NCBI GenBank assembly: GCA_965215505.1
Contig: OZ244065.1
Coordinates: 5,376,001 to 5,440,000, forward strand
From: Capsulimonadaceae bacterium
GTDB taxonomy: Bacteria; Armatimonadota; Armatimonadia; Armatimonadales; Capsulimonadaceae
DNA: 64,000 bases
Direction: 5' to 3'
The notes beneath the pieces are model-generated. The model did no database searches and was not told the origin of the DNA. It was given only the letters and a program-made list of their open reading frames with translations. Both the position numbers and the translations under genes were made by a program. This document shows positions 8,409-16,789 of the stretch, piece after piece (positions within the stretch are counted from its first letter, which is position 1; each line of letters opens with the position of its first letter).

Positions 8409-9686
8409 ATGCCGAAAGTGTTAGGGCTGCGCTGCCGCGAGTGCGGCGAGCAGTACGACAAAGCGCCGATTCACGTCTGCGAGCTGTGCTTCGGGCCGCT
8501 CGAAGTGCAGTACGACTACGACTTCGGGCCGAAGATCACGCGCGAGCTGATTCAGAGCGGCCCGCTCTCCATGTGGCGCTACGCCGACCTGCTGCCGCTC
8601 GACGGCGAGCCGTGCGTCGGCAAGCAGGTCGGGTTCACGCCGCTCGTCCGGGCCGAGAACCTGGGCCGCGCCCTGGGGCTGAAAGAGGTATACGTCAAGA
8701 ACGACGCCGTCAGCCACCCGACGCTGTCGTTCAAAGACCGCGTGGTCGCCGTCGCCCTGTCCAAAGCCCGCGAGTTCGGCTTTCAGACCGTCGGCTGCGC
8801 CTCCACCGGCAACCTTGCCAACTCCGTCGCCGCCCACGCCGCCGAGGGCGGGTTTGAGGCCTACATCTTCATCCCGCACGACCTGGAGCAAGGCAAGGTC
8901 GTCGGGACCCTGATCTACGGCGCGAACGTCCTGTCCGTGCAGGGCAACTACGACGAAGTGAACCGCCTGTGTTCCGAAGTCGCCGGCAAGTACGGCTGGG
9001 GCCTCGCCAACGTCAACCTGCGCCCCTTCTACGGGGACGGCTCCAAAACATTCGGCTATGAGATCGCCGAGCAATTAGGCTGGAAGGCCCCGCAGCACAT
9101 CGTCTGCCCTTCGGCGGGCGGGTCGCTCGTGACCAAGATTTACAAGGCCCTGAACGAGTTCGCCAAGCTCGGCCTGATTGACGGCGTGCCCACCAAGATG
9201 TATGTCGCCCAGGCGACCGGCTGCAACCCGATCGCGACGATGGTGAAAGAACGGTCCGAGATCATGAAGCCGGTCCGGCCCAACACCATCGCCAAGAGCA
9301 TCGCCATCGGCAACCCCGCCGACGGCTACTATGCCGCCGAGGCCTGCCGCAAGTCGGGCGGCTGGGCGGAAGATGTGAGCGATGAAGAGGTCGTGGAGGG
9401 CATCAAGCTCCTGGCCGAGACCGAGGGTATCTTCACCGAAACGGCGGGTGGCGTGACCGTCGCGACCACGCGCAAGCTGATCCGGCAGGGCGTCATCCCC
9501 AGGGACGAGAGCGTGGTCATCTGCATCACCGGCAACGGCCTGAAGACGATGGACGCCGTGCTGGGCAAGATCGGCAAGACGATTCCCATCCAGCCCTCGC
9601 TGGCTTCTCTGGAAGAAGCACTGGCAAGCCGCGCCCATGCGCTTCCTACGAAAACCATTCAGACGTCGGAACTGGTGACTGCATAA
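8409..9686 (+). CDS. Threonine-synthase-family PLP enzyme, probably an O-phosphohomoserine-dependent homocysteine synthase acting with a sulfur carrier
   Basis: N-terminal Zn ribbon CREC/CELC, SFKDR (PLP Lys), ASTGN, TGNGLK; function inferred from the Met T-box and ThiS/MoaD + NIL neighbours. Confidence 0.85.
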   Translation: MPKVLGLRCRECGEQYDKAPIHVCELCFGPLEVQYDYDFGPKITRELIQSGPLSMWRYADLLPLDGEPCVGKQVGFTPLVRAENLGRALGLKEVYVKNDAVSHPTLSFKDRVVAVALSKAREFGFQTVGCASTGNLANSVAAHAAEGGFEAYIFIPHDLEQGKVVGTLIYGANVLSVQGNYDEVNRLCSEVAGKYGWGLANVNLRPFYGDGSKTFGYEIAEQLGWKAPQHIVCPSAGGSLVTKIYKALNEFAKLGLIDGVPTKMYVAQATGCNPIATMVKERSEIMKPVRPNTIAKSIAIGNPADGYYAAEACRKSGGWAEDVSDEEVVEGIKLLAETEGIFTETAGGVTVATTRKLIRQGVIPRDESVVICITGNGLKTMDAVLGKIGKTIPIQPSLASLEEALASRAHALPTKTIQTSELVTA

Positions 9687-9809
9687 GAACCCACCCCGCC
9701 GCTAGGGGCGGCGACCCTCCCCAAAGGGGAGGGCGAAGAGTTTGTGCCTCTGTCTCTTGCCCCTTCCGTTTCGGGAGGGGGAGCCGAACTTGTGAGGCGG
9801 GGTGGGTTC
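9687..9809. repeat. 123-bp palindromic intergenic element (REP/MITE-like)
   Basis: 14-bp perfect terminal inverted repeat GAACCCACCCCGCC (9687-9700) / GGCGGGGTGGGTTC (9796-9809); internal hairpins CCCTCCC..GGGAGGG and CCCCTTCC..GGAGGGG. Confidence 0.72.
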
Positions 9810-9835
9810 CGAAGACCCGCTAGAAACGACCAACC

Positions 9836-10606
9836 ATGAGAGCCTATCGCGAAAACCTTGCGCCCGACGAGCAGGCGCAGTTCGACCGGATGCGCGCCGA
9901 GGACGCCGAAGCGCCCCGTCAGTTCGTCAATTTTGCCTTCTACAAATTGGACCCGCTGTTCCGGCGCGAGCTGTCCGAGGCCGAGCGGGCCGACGCCGCC
10001 TGCGAGCTGGCTGAGGTCATCGAGGGCGCGCAGTCGAAGTTCCTGCTTTACCCCTACAGTACGCTCGGCATCCGGCCCGAGTGCGACTTCATGCTGTGGC
10101 GCATCTCGTACCGGATCGAGGACTTCGAGGAGATGACGACGGCCCTGCTGCGGACGCGCATGGGCCAGTACCTGTCCACGCCCTATTCGTACCTGGCGAT
10201 GACCAAGACCTCGATCTATGTGGACGAGCACGACTTCGAGGACCGCGAGGCGGGCCGCAAGCAGATCGTCATCGGCGGCGGCAAGTACCTGTTCGTCTAC
10301 CCGTTCATCAAGACCCGCGCCTGGTATCGGCTGACCGCCGACGAGCGGCGGCGGGCCATGCGCGAGCACATCACGGTCGGCCACGAGTACCCCAGCATCA
10401 AGCTGAACACGACCTACTCCTTCGGCCTGGACGACCAGGAGTTCGTCGTCGCCTTTGAAAGCGACTACCCGCAGGACTTCCTGGACCTCGTCCACAAGCT
10501 GCGCGAGAGCGAGGCCAGCGCCTACACCGAGCGGGACGTTCCCGTCTTCACCTGCTTGCAGCAGGACATGCAGACCATTCTGAAGCACGTCGGCGGCGTC
10601 AAATGA
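9836..10606 (+). CDS. Chlorite dismutase / coproheme decarboxylase (ChdC/HemQ) family heme protein
   Basis: YPFIK...WY.L...ER...M.EH...G and YSFGLDDQEFVVAFE motifs. Confidence 0.85.
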   Translation: MRAYRENLAPDEQAQFDRMRAEDAEAPRQFVNFAFYKLDPLFRRELSEAERADAACELAEVIEGAQSKFLLYPYSTLGIRPECDFMLWRISYRIEDFEEMTTALLRTRMGQYLSTPYSYLAMTKTSIYVDEHDFEDREAGRKQIVIGGGKYLFVYPFIKTRAWYRLTADERRRAMREHITVGHEYPSIKLNTTYSFGLDDQEFVVAFESDYPQDFLDLVHKLRESEASAYTERDVPVFTCLQQDMQTILKHVGGVK

Positions 10607-10631
10607 CCGACCGGCAGGAAGAGGAGACACA

Positions 10632-10910
10632 ATGGCAGTCAGCGTACTGATCCCGACGCCGTCCCGCAAATTCACGGCCGGCGAGGACACCGTCAGCGTC
10701 CAGGCGGCCACCGTCCGCGAGATGGTGGACGCGCTCGACTCGGCGCACCCCGGCCTGGGCAAGAGCCTCCGCAAACCCGACGGGTCCCTGAACCTGTTCA
10801 TCAACATCTACGTCAACGACGAGGACATCCGCTTCCTCCAGGGGCCGGACACGTCCCTGAAAGACGGCGACCAGGTCTCCATCGTGCCGGCCATCGCCGG
10901 GGGAAACTAA
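10632..10910 (+). CDS. ThiS/MoaD-family ubiquitin-like sulfur carrier (C-terminal GG-Asn)
   Basis: NIYVNDEDIRFL...LKDGDQVSIVPAIAGGN. Confidence 0.92.
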   Translation: MAVSVLIPTPSRKFTAGEDTVSVQAATVREMVDALDSAHPGLGKSLRKPDGSLNLFINIYVNDEDIRFLQGPDTSLKDGDQVSIVPAIAGGN

Positions 10911-10916
10911 ACACTT

Positions 10917-11156
10917 ATGGCCGTCGAACGCTTCAACCTGACCTTCAACAAGCTGATGCAGAGCCAGCCCATCGTCTACAACCTGGGCAAGAAGTACCGG
11001 CTGGTGACCGTGATCGAGAAGGCCAACGTCTCCGAGGAGGCCGGCTGGATGCAGGTCGCCTTCAACGGCGACGGCGACGAGATCCAGCGCGCCATTGCCG
11101 ACCTGAACACGCTGGGCGTCACCGTCACCCCCACCGAGATCGCCACCCTGAGCTGA
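10917..11156 (+). CDS. Stand-alone NIL-domain protein
   Basis: LTF.....QPIVY.L...Y.LVTVIEKANV....GWM.V...G....I..AI..L...GV.V fits the NIL (MetN C-terminal-like) pattern. Confidence 0.75.
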   Translation: MAVERFNLTFNKLMQSQPIVYNLGKKYRLVTVIEKANVSEEAGWMQVAFNGDGDEIQRAIADLNTLGVTVTPTEIATLS

Positions 11157-11184
11157 CCCCCACACCCGCACTGCATTTAAGACC

Positions 11185-11220
11185 ACGGTCCCGAGGCACC
11201 CGCCTCGGGGCTGTTCTTGT
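11185..11220 (+). terminator. Probable terminator of the T-box operon
   Basis: ACGGTCCCGAGGC-ACCC-GCCTCGGGGCTGT hairpin followed by a T-rich tail. Confidence 0.6.
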
Positions 11221-11259
11221 CTGTGTGTCCCCCCCCCTTTCGTCTACGCCAGCAAATAT

Positions 11260-11441
11260 TTAACACGGTATTAATACCGTGTTAATAACGTCTTAATGCT
11301 GCCTCCCCATAATCATGCCTACAGGCGAATAGAAACGCTGGCCGGTACGGCTTGGCAATCACTACGTCGTCCTATCGGCAAAAACATTTAACACAGGCTT
11401 AACGCAGCCTTAATACCGGCTTTATGTGGAGCCTCCATAAT
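11260..11441 (+). promoter_or_regulatory. Two tandem promoters, each with four 11-bp-periodic TTAA boxes (Pho-box-like) and a CATAAT -10
   Basis: TTAA at 11260/11271/11282/11293, CATAAT at 11308; TTAA/TTTA at 11388/11399/11410/11421, CATAAT at 11436. Confidence 0.78.
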
Positions 11442-11750
11442 CATTATGTCCAAACGCAGGCAGGGTTCAACAACGGGCAGCCGTCCTCAAGCGAGGACAC
11501 GCCGAACCATCCTGAACCCTGCACCTGCCCTACAATTTGACGTGTGCCGACGGCGGCGGCTTGTTCAGCGCCTTCGACCTACCCCACGCGGCCCAAAATC
11601 TTCTCTTTCTGCCTGCTGCCGCAGCACCGCCGCAGAAATCATTGCTGATACCCTTGATGAGCTAATGGACGGGGGCACTGTACCTCCAGTCACGCGCCGA
11701 TGCTGTACCGGCTGCAATCGCGCAGCCGTTCTGATCGTAGGAGGCTTGTC

Positions 11751-13256
11751 TTGAAAACACTGAAGTATCTCGGAGTCGCAACCCTGCTCGCCGCTTCCCT
11801 GGGCACCGGTGCCCATGCCGCCGATGTCGTTACCTTCGCCGCCGCCGGCTCGTCCGCCCAGTTCAGCACCTTCACCACGGCGTTCCTGGCCCAGGGCTAC
11901 AGCAGCCACTACTCCCTTGGCAGCAGCACCAACTTCCAGATCGTTGATGCCAATGCCCCCAACGAGAGCGCCCAAGTCGCCATCTACTGGAAGGGCAGCG
12001 CCGGCAACTACCAGATCGCCGTCTTCTATCAGGTGGACTCGACGGTCGGCGTCCGCGCCTTCTTCAACAACGACACCCTGCTCGCCACTGCCACCCCCCC
12101 GGCCCCGACCAACTTGGGTGCTCCCAACAGCGGTGACGTCACCCCGCCCGCCGAGGTCCTCGCCACCGTCAACGGCGCGGCCGTCAACGTCGGCGCGACC
12201 GATATCACTCCCGAGGACGCCCGCGTCGCCACCGAGCGCAGCATCGCCCTCGGCTACAACAATACCGGCAACCCGATCAAGGGTGCCACCAACGGGGCGG
12301 TCGCGACCCCGGTGCGCTTCAGCCTCACCGCGAAGGCCTTCGCCCTGGCACCGCTGGGTGCCACCCCAATTGTGGTATTCGTCAATGCCGGGCCGAACTT
12401 CGGCCCAAGCTCGCTGACGGGTGCCAACCTGAACATCGACAGCTTCACACTGGCTGGGTTCCTGAGTGGTCAGTTCACCCGCACCTCCGATCTGCTGTTC
12501 GCTCAGGGTGCTGCCGCAGCCCCCGTCCATACCTACATCCGTGAGCCGCTGTCGGGCACATACAACACCATCGAATACACCAACCCCGAAAGCCTGGCCA
12601 AACTGACCTTTACTTCTGGTCGCCAGAGTGCATCTACCTTGGCGAGCGGTGGCCAGGAGTTGAACGTGTCTGCCACGGCCAATAACCCGCTCAACGAGCC
12701 GGTCTCCGGCTCCTCCGGCCCTGCCGGCTCGGGCCGCATCCGTGCCATCGGCACGGGCCAGCTCGTCGGCGGCGTCAGCGGCGACGCGACGGACTCTCTG
12801 GGCTATGCCTTCTACAGCGTCGGCAACTTCACGGGCCGCACCAGCCTCCGCTATCTGACCGTGGACGGCGCGGACCCGATCCAGGACAACTATACCGGCG
12901 GCTCGCTGACCGGTGCGACCGTCACCTTCCGCAACATCATCAACGGCGGCTACCCGCTCTGGTCCATCCTGCGCGTCGTCACCCCGCAGAACCCCTCGGC
13001 GGCCATCTCCGCCATCGTCGCCTCGGCACAGGGCGCGAACCAGGGAACGGACTTCGTCATCTCCCAATCCCTGCGCGTCTTCCGCTCTTACCACCAGACG
13101 CCCTACACCGTGGGCGCTGTTGGTAACGGCAACAACGTCGCTTCGGGCGGCAACGCAGTGAACGGCGGCGATGTCGGTGGCGCAGTATTCACGATCAATA
13201 ACGATCAGGACTACTACAACGATACGGGCGGTGAACTGACCGGCCGACGTCAGTAA
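11751..13256 (+). CDS. Secreted PstS/PBP-like (phosphate-binding-fold) protein
   Basis: AGGAGG RBS + TTG start; signal peptide; AGSSAQF, DSTVG, REPLSGT, SLGYAF, LTVDG.DP and NGGYPLWS motifs resemble the PstS/PBP fold. Confidence 0.68.
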   Translation: MKTLKYLGVATLLAASLGTGAHAADVVTFAAAGSSAQFSTFTTAFLAQGYSSHYSLGSSTNFQIVDANAPNESAQVAIYWKGSAGNYQIAVFYQVDSTVGVRAFFNNDTLLATATPPAPTNLGAPNSGDVTPPAEVLATVNGAAVNVGATDITPEDARVATERSIALGYNNTGNPIKGATNGAVATPVRFSLTAKAFALAPLGATPIVVFVNAGPNFGPSSLTGANLNIDSFTLAGFLSGQFTRTSDLLFAQGAAAAPVHTYIREPLSGTYNTIEYTNPESLAKLTFTSGRQSASTLASGGQELNVSATANNPLNEPVSGSSGPAGSGRIRAIGTGQLVGGVSGDATDSLGYAFYSVGNFTGRTSLRYLTVDGADPIQDNYTGGSLTGATVTFRNIINGGYPLWSILRVVTPQNPSAAISAIVASAQGANQGTDFVISQSLRVFRSYHQTPYTVGAVGNGNNVASGGNAVNGGDVGGAVFTINNDQDYYNDTGGELTGRRQ

Positions 13257-13265
13257 GCTGGCTGA

Positions 13266-13299
13266 GAGCGCGGACGGGTTAGCTAATCCGTCCGCGCTC
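13266..13299 (+). terminator. Strong intergenic stem-loop after the PstS-like gene
   Basis: GAGCGCGGACGGGTT-AGCT-AATCCGTCCGCGCTC; no U tract, so it may be a stability hairpin. Confidence 0.5.
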
Positions 13300-13369
13300 C
13301 CTAGACCGCGCCGTGCCACATACGGCGATTAACGAACTCCCTCATCACGAAAAGGATCACAAGCGACCA

Positions 13370-14221
13370 ATGAATATCATCAAAACAGCCGCAGCGCTCG
13401 GGGCGGCGGGCCTATCTTTGCTGGCCCTAACCAATGGGGCCAGCGCCCAGACCACTGTGGGCGACCCTAACCTCACCACCGCCTTCAGCACCTTAGCCAG
13501 TGGGAAGAACCCGAACTTCACCAATGCTGCCGTTGCTGTTGGCTTCGACCCGAGCAACACTCCCGGAAACCTCTTCAACTCTGCAACTGCGGCAACAGCG
13601 CAGTCCGTGTACGAGTCCTTCAACTTCGATAGCAGTGCGGCTGGTGCTTTCACAACGCTCGCTTCCGGCACACAAGCCCAGATCCAAATCTTCGCTTCCG
13701 ACCAGAATGTGACCCCTGGGGCGACAACTTTCAACATCTATGCCTCGCTGTACGCCTTCAACCCGAACGCGGCTGCTGGCACCGTGCCGGTGATGGGATC
13801 GAACCTGTTCGGTGCCGAGCAGAAGATCACGGTCGCCGCTCTCAACGGCGGCTATTTCAGCGGCGACTTCAACTTGACCGGAGCGATCACTGCCGGCCAG
13901 CGGTATGTGCTGGGCATCACGACCCTTACCGGCGACACACAGGATTACGGGCAGATCGCTACCAGCTCCTTTGCAAACTCTGGCCTCGCGACGGCTGATC
14001 AGAGTTCCGATGCAGTCAAGTACCTGACGGCTGCCAACGATCAGGGCAACCCGACCGGGCAGACCTTTACGAACCCTGGCCTCAACAACGCCATCGCGTT
14101 CCGGCTGGGGGCTGCCGCGGCTCCCGTCCCCGAGGCCTCCTCGGTCGTCTCGCTGGGCCTGATGCTTGGAATGGGCGCGGCCTTCATCGCCTTCAAGCGC
14201 CGCCGCTCGGTCGCCAAGTAA
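13370..14221 (+). CDS. PEP-CTERM surface protein
   Basis: Signal peptide; Ala/Thr/Asn-rich; C-terminal APVPEASS + TM + KRRR. Confidence 0.88.
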   Translation: MNIIKTAAALGAAGLSLLALTNGASAQTTVGDPNLTTAFSTLASGKNPNFTNAAVAVGFDPSNTPGNLFNSATAATAQSVYESFNFDSSAAGAFTTLASGTQAQIQIFASDQNVTPGATTFNIYASLYAFNPNAAAGTVPVMGSNLFGAEQKITVAALNGGYFSGDFNLTGAITAGQRYVLGITTLTGDTQDYGQIATSSFANSGLATADQSSDAVKYLTAANDQGNPTGQTFTNPGLNNAIAFRLGAAAAPVPEASSVVSLGLMLGMGAAFIAFKRRRSVAK

Positions 14222-14362
14222 GCGAACCCGCACACGAACCCTCGCTTCTGACGGGGCAGGCGACTACAGACTATCGTAGCCGCCTGCTCCTATATGTGCG
14301 GTAGCCGACTGACAGTGCGCCTACCTAAAGCTGGAAACCTGTCAGCCAAAAGGAGACTTGCC

Positions 14363-15244
14363 ATGCCCCTGAACCATAGCCGACAAAAGCGCGGTTTTAC
14401 CCTGATCGAGCTGCTCGTCGTCATCGCTATCATCGCGATTCTCGCCGCCATCCTGTTCCCCGTCTTCCAAAAAGTCCGCGAGAACGCCCGCCGCACCCAG
14501 GGCCTGTCCAACGCGAAGCAGCTCGGCCTGGGTATCATCCAGTACGTTCAAGACACCGACGAGAAGCTGCCCCTGGCCGGACACACGGAGAGCGAAAGCA
14601 ACCCAAACTGCGAACTGGCGGAATGGCAGAACGCCATCTATCCATTCGTTAAAAGCGACGCCGTCTATAAGGACCCCGATGACACGGTGCCCGCAGGGGG
14701 TGCCAACCAGTCACAGACTGACATCGGGCAAGGACTCGGGAAGATCAGCGCTTCCAGCTTCATCATGGGCTACTATGAGACGAACGCCCCCAGCGTTGGC
14801 GGCATCCGCTCATCTCATGGCTTGAATGACTTCACCGCGCCGGCACAGTTCATCCTGTTGCGGGAGGGTGCGCGGGGCGTCTTCGGCGGCGCGTCGCGCG
14901 GGACCAATGTCCCTGACCACAATGGCAACCTGAGCACGAGCTGGCTGGCCACATATGCCGAATCAGTGCCGAACGACGCGGAGGTCCTGACCAATCCTTG
15001 CAACATCGGCGTTTACAGTGCGGCTGGGGTTCCGTTTCACAAGGATGGGGAGATCATGCTTTTCCTGGACGGCCATGTGAAGTTCTACCCGATGAACCCT
15101 CAAGGTCCCGTCGGCTACTTGAACGGCAACCTGCCCGCCTGCAAGTACACGCTGCCCAACGCAGACGATCCTTCATGCAGCCTGACTACGCCGCCCGCGG
15201 ATGGTTCTGTCAGCGTCTGGCAGGACGTAGACTGTGGACGGTAA
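14363..15244 (+). CDS. Prepilin-type N-terminal cleavage / H-X9-DG (DUF1559-like) protein
   Basis: [33 protein letters not shown] and [24 protein letters not shown]. Confidence 0.9.
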   Translation: MPLNHSRQKRGFTLIELLVVIAIIAILAAILFPVFQKVRENARRTQGLSNAKQLGLGIIQYVQDTDEKLPLAGHTESESNPNCELAEWQNAIYPFVKSDAVYKDPDDTVPAGGANQSQTDIGQGLGKISASSFIMGYYETNAPSVGGIRSSHGLNDFTAPAQFILLREGARGVFGGASRGTNVPDHNGNLSTSWLATYAESVPNDAEVLTNPCNIGVYSAAGVPFHKDGEIMLFLDGHVKFYPMNPQGPVGYLNGNLPACKYTLPNADDPSCSLTTPPADGSVSVWQDVDCGR

Positions 15245-15302
15245 GATAGATTGGGCAGTAAGCGAAGCCGCCTACTGCCCTGTTGCTTTTCGAGCAAGAG
15301 AA

Positions 15303-16331
15303 ATGCAAGCACAAGATTCATCCAATAATAAGCTGAGACGGGTGGGGTCCCGCTCTCGTATCGCTCTGCTCGCCGGGCTGCTCACGATCCTGTTTGTCGC
15401 CGGGACGCCCCGCGATGCCGAGGCGGCCCCGGCAGGCGAGCCGATGCCCACCGGCAACCTCACCCTGCATAGCCGCCATCCGGATGAGAGCTGGGCGACT
15501 CCGACGCTGGCCGGAACGCGGCTAAAGCCGCAGCCGCCGCTCGTCGCGGAAAAGGACGACCGGCCCACGTTCACGCGGGAGATGGTCTCGGTCGGCTGGC
15601 GGCCTTTTGACTCGTTCCAGGTATATGTCATCAAGCCCAAGGGCGTCGTCAGGCCCCCGGTGGCGCTGTACCTATACGACTACAAAAACAACACCCATCG
15701 GTTCCTGCAAGACGACTATTGCGAGCGCCTGACGCGCTCCGGCTGCGCCGCCGTGGGCTTTGAGTCCGCGCTGTCCGCCGACCGCTTCCAGATGCGTCCC
15801 ATGAAACAGTGGTTCGTCAGCGAGCTGCCTGAGTCTCTGGCGGACTCGGCCCATGATGTGCAGATGATTCTGAATTATCTGGGGACGCGGGGCGACCTGG
15901 ACATGGGCCGGGTCGGTATGTTCGGCCAGGGGTCGGGGGCCAGCATCGCCATCCTCGCGGCCGGTGCCGACCCGCGCATCAAGGCGCTGGACCTCCTGAA
16001 TCCCTGGGGGGACTGGCCGGTCTGGCTCCGCAAGAGCGTCGTGATTGCCGACGCTGATCGTCCGACTCTGACTCAGGCGGGGTTCACCAAGTCGGTCGCC
16101 CCGCTGGACCCGGTGGCTTGGCTGCCGCGGCTGGCGGGCCGCAAGGTCCGTCTGATCCAGGTCAAGGACGATCCCTCGACTCCCCCCGCGTGTCAGGCCG
16201 CGCTCGCCAAGGCCGCCCCGACAGGGACCCAGGTCGTCCGATACGAGGACAACATGGCCCTCTTCGGTGCGCTGGGGCAGGGCCGGCTGTTTTCCTGGCT
16301 CGGCATCCACCTCAAAGCCGCCGGGCCATGA
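15303..16331 (+). CDS. Secreted alpha/beta-hydrolase-fold protein
   Basis: Signal peptide; DMGRVGMFGQGSG (GxSxG position altered) and DPRIKALDL. Confidence 0.6.
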   Translation: MQAQDSSNNKLRRVGSRSRIALLAGLLTILFVAGTPRDAEAAPAGEPMPTGNLTLHSRHPDESWATPTLAGTRLKPQPPLVAEKDDRPTFTREMVSVGWRPFDSFQVYVIKPKGVVRPPVALYLYDYKNNTHRFLQDDYCERLTRSGCAAVGFESALSADRFQMRPMKQWFVSELPESLADSAHDVQMILNYLGTRGDLDMGRVGMFGQGSGASIAILAAGADPRIKALDLLNPWGDWPVWLRKSVVIADADRPTLTQAGFTKSVAPLDPVAWLPRLAGRKVRLIQVKDDPSTPPACQAALAKAAPTGTQVVRYEDNMALFGALGQGRLFSWLGIHLKAAGP

Positions 16332-16384
16332 GCGCGGCGTCTTGAGTCTTCCTCGTCGGCTGCTTGGAAAGCAGTCCTCTCTCC

Positions 16385-16750
16385 ATGGCTGCAAAACGCA
16401 TGAAGATGAAGATGAAGAAATACCGAGGCTGGCCCGCCTTCCCTGCTTTCCTGAGCGACTACACCCAGGCCGCACTCTCCGACACGCTCGTGACCCCGCC
16501 CGTCGCCGCCGCGATCCTCGGCTACAGCAAGGTCAGCATCCGCCGCATCCTGGAACACGAGGATATCCTCGCCTGGGCCTGGTATGAGGCGGACCAATTC
16601 CACCCCTCCGAGGTCTTCGTCTCGGTCCGCAGCCTAGTCCAGTATGGGCTGAGGAAAGGCCGGCTGGGCGACTATGAGGACGAGACGCCGCTGCGCGCCG
16701 TCCTCGACAGGGAGACCTATGAGCGTCTGCGTCAGGAGGTGCGCGGCTAG
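16385..16750 (+). CDS. Small hypothetical protein with excisionase/MerR-like HTH
   Basis: LVTPPVAAAILGYSKVSIRRIL resembles an HTH_17-type motif. Confidence 0.5.
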   Translation: MAAKRMKMKMKKYRGWPAFPAFLSDYTQAALSDTLVTPPVAAAILGYSKVSIRRILEHEDILAWAWYEADQFHPSEVFVSVRSLVQYGLRKGRLGDYEDETPLRAVLDRETYERLRQEVRG

Positions 16751-16789
16751 GTCCCGCGCCCCAGGCTCCGCACCCTGCACCTTCCCAGG

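Noticed and set aside
8409-9686. Labelling the gene thrC (canonical threonine synthase)
   Set aside because: The family is right, but the T-box specifier is AUG and the neighbours are a sulfur carrier and a NIL domain, so the symbol was withheld
11260-11441. CRISPR array or replication-origin iterons
   Set aside because: Repeats are short boxes at 11-bp period tied to -10 elements; no spacers, cas or rep genes
11565-13319. 584-aa minus-strand ORF and similar long antisense ORFs (e.g. 38320-40530, 27331-28938, 53359-54612)
   Set aside because: Shadow ORFs opposite well-supported genes, expected in high-GC DNA; no recognisable motifs
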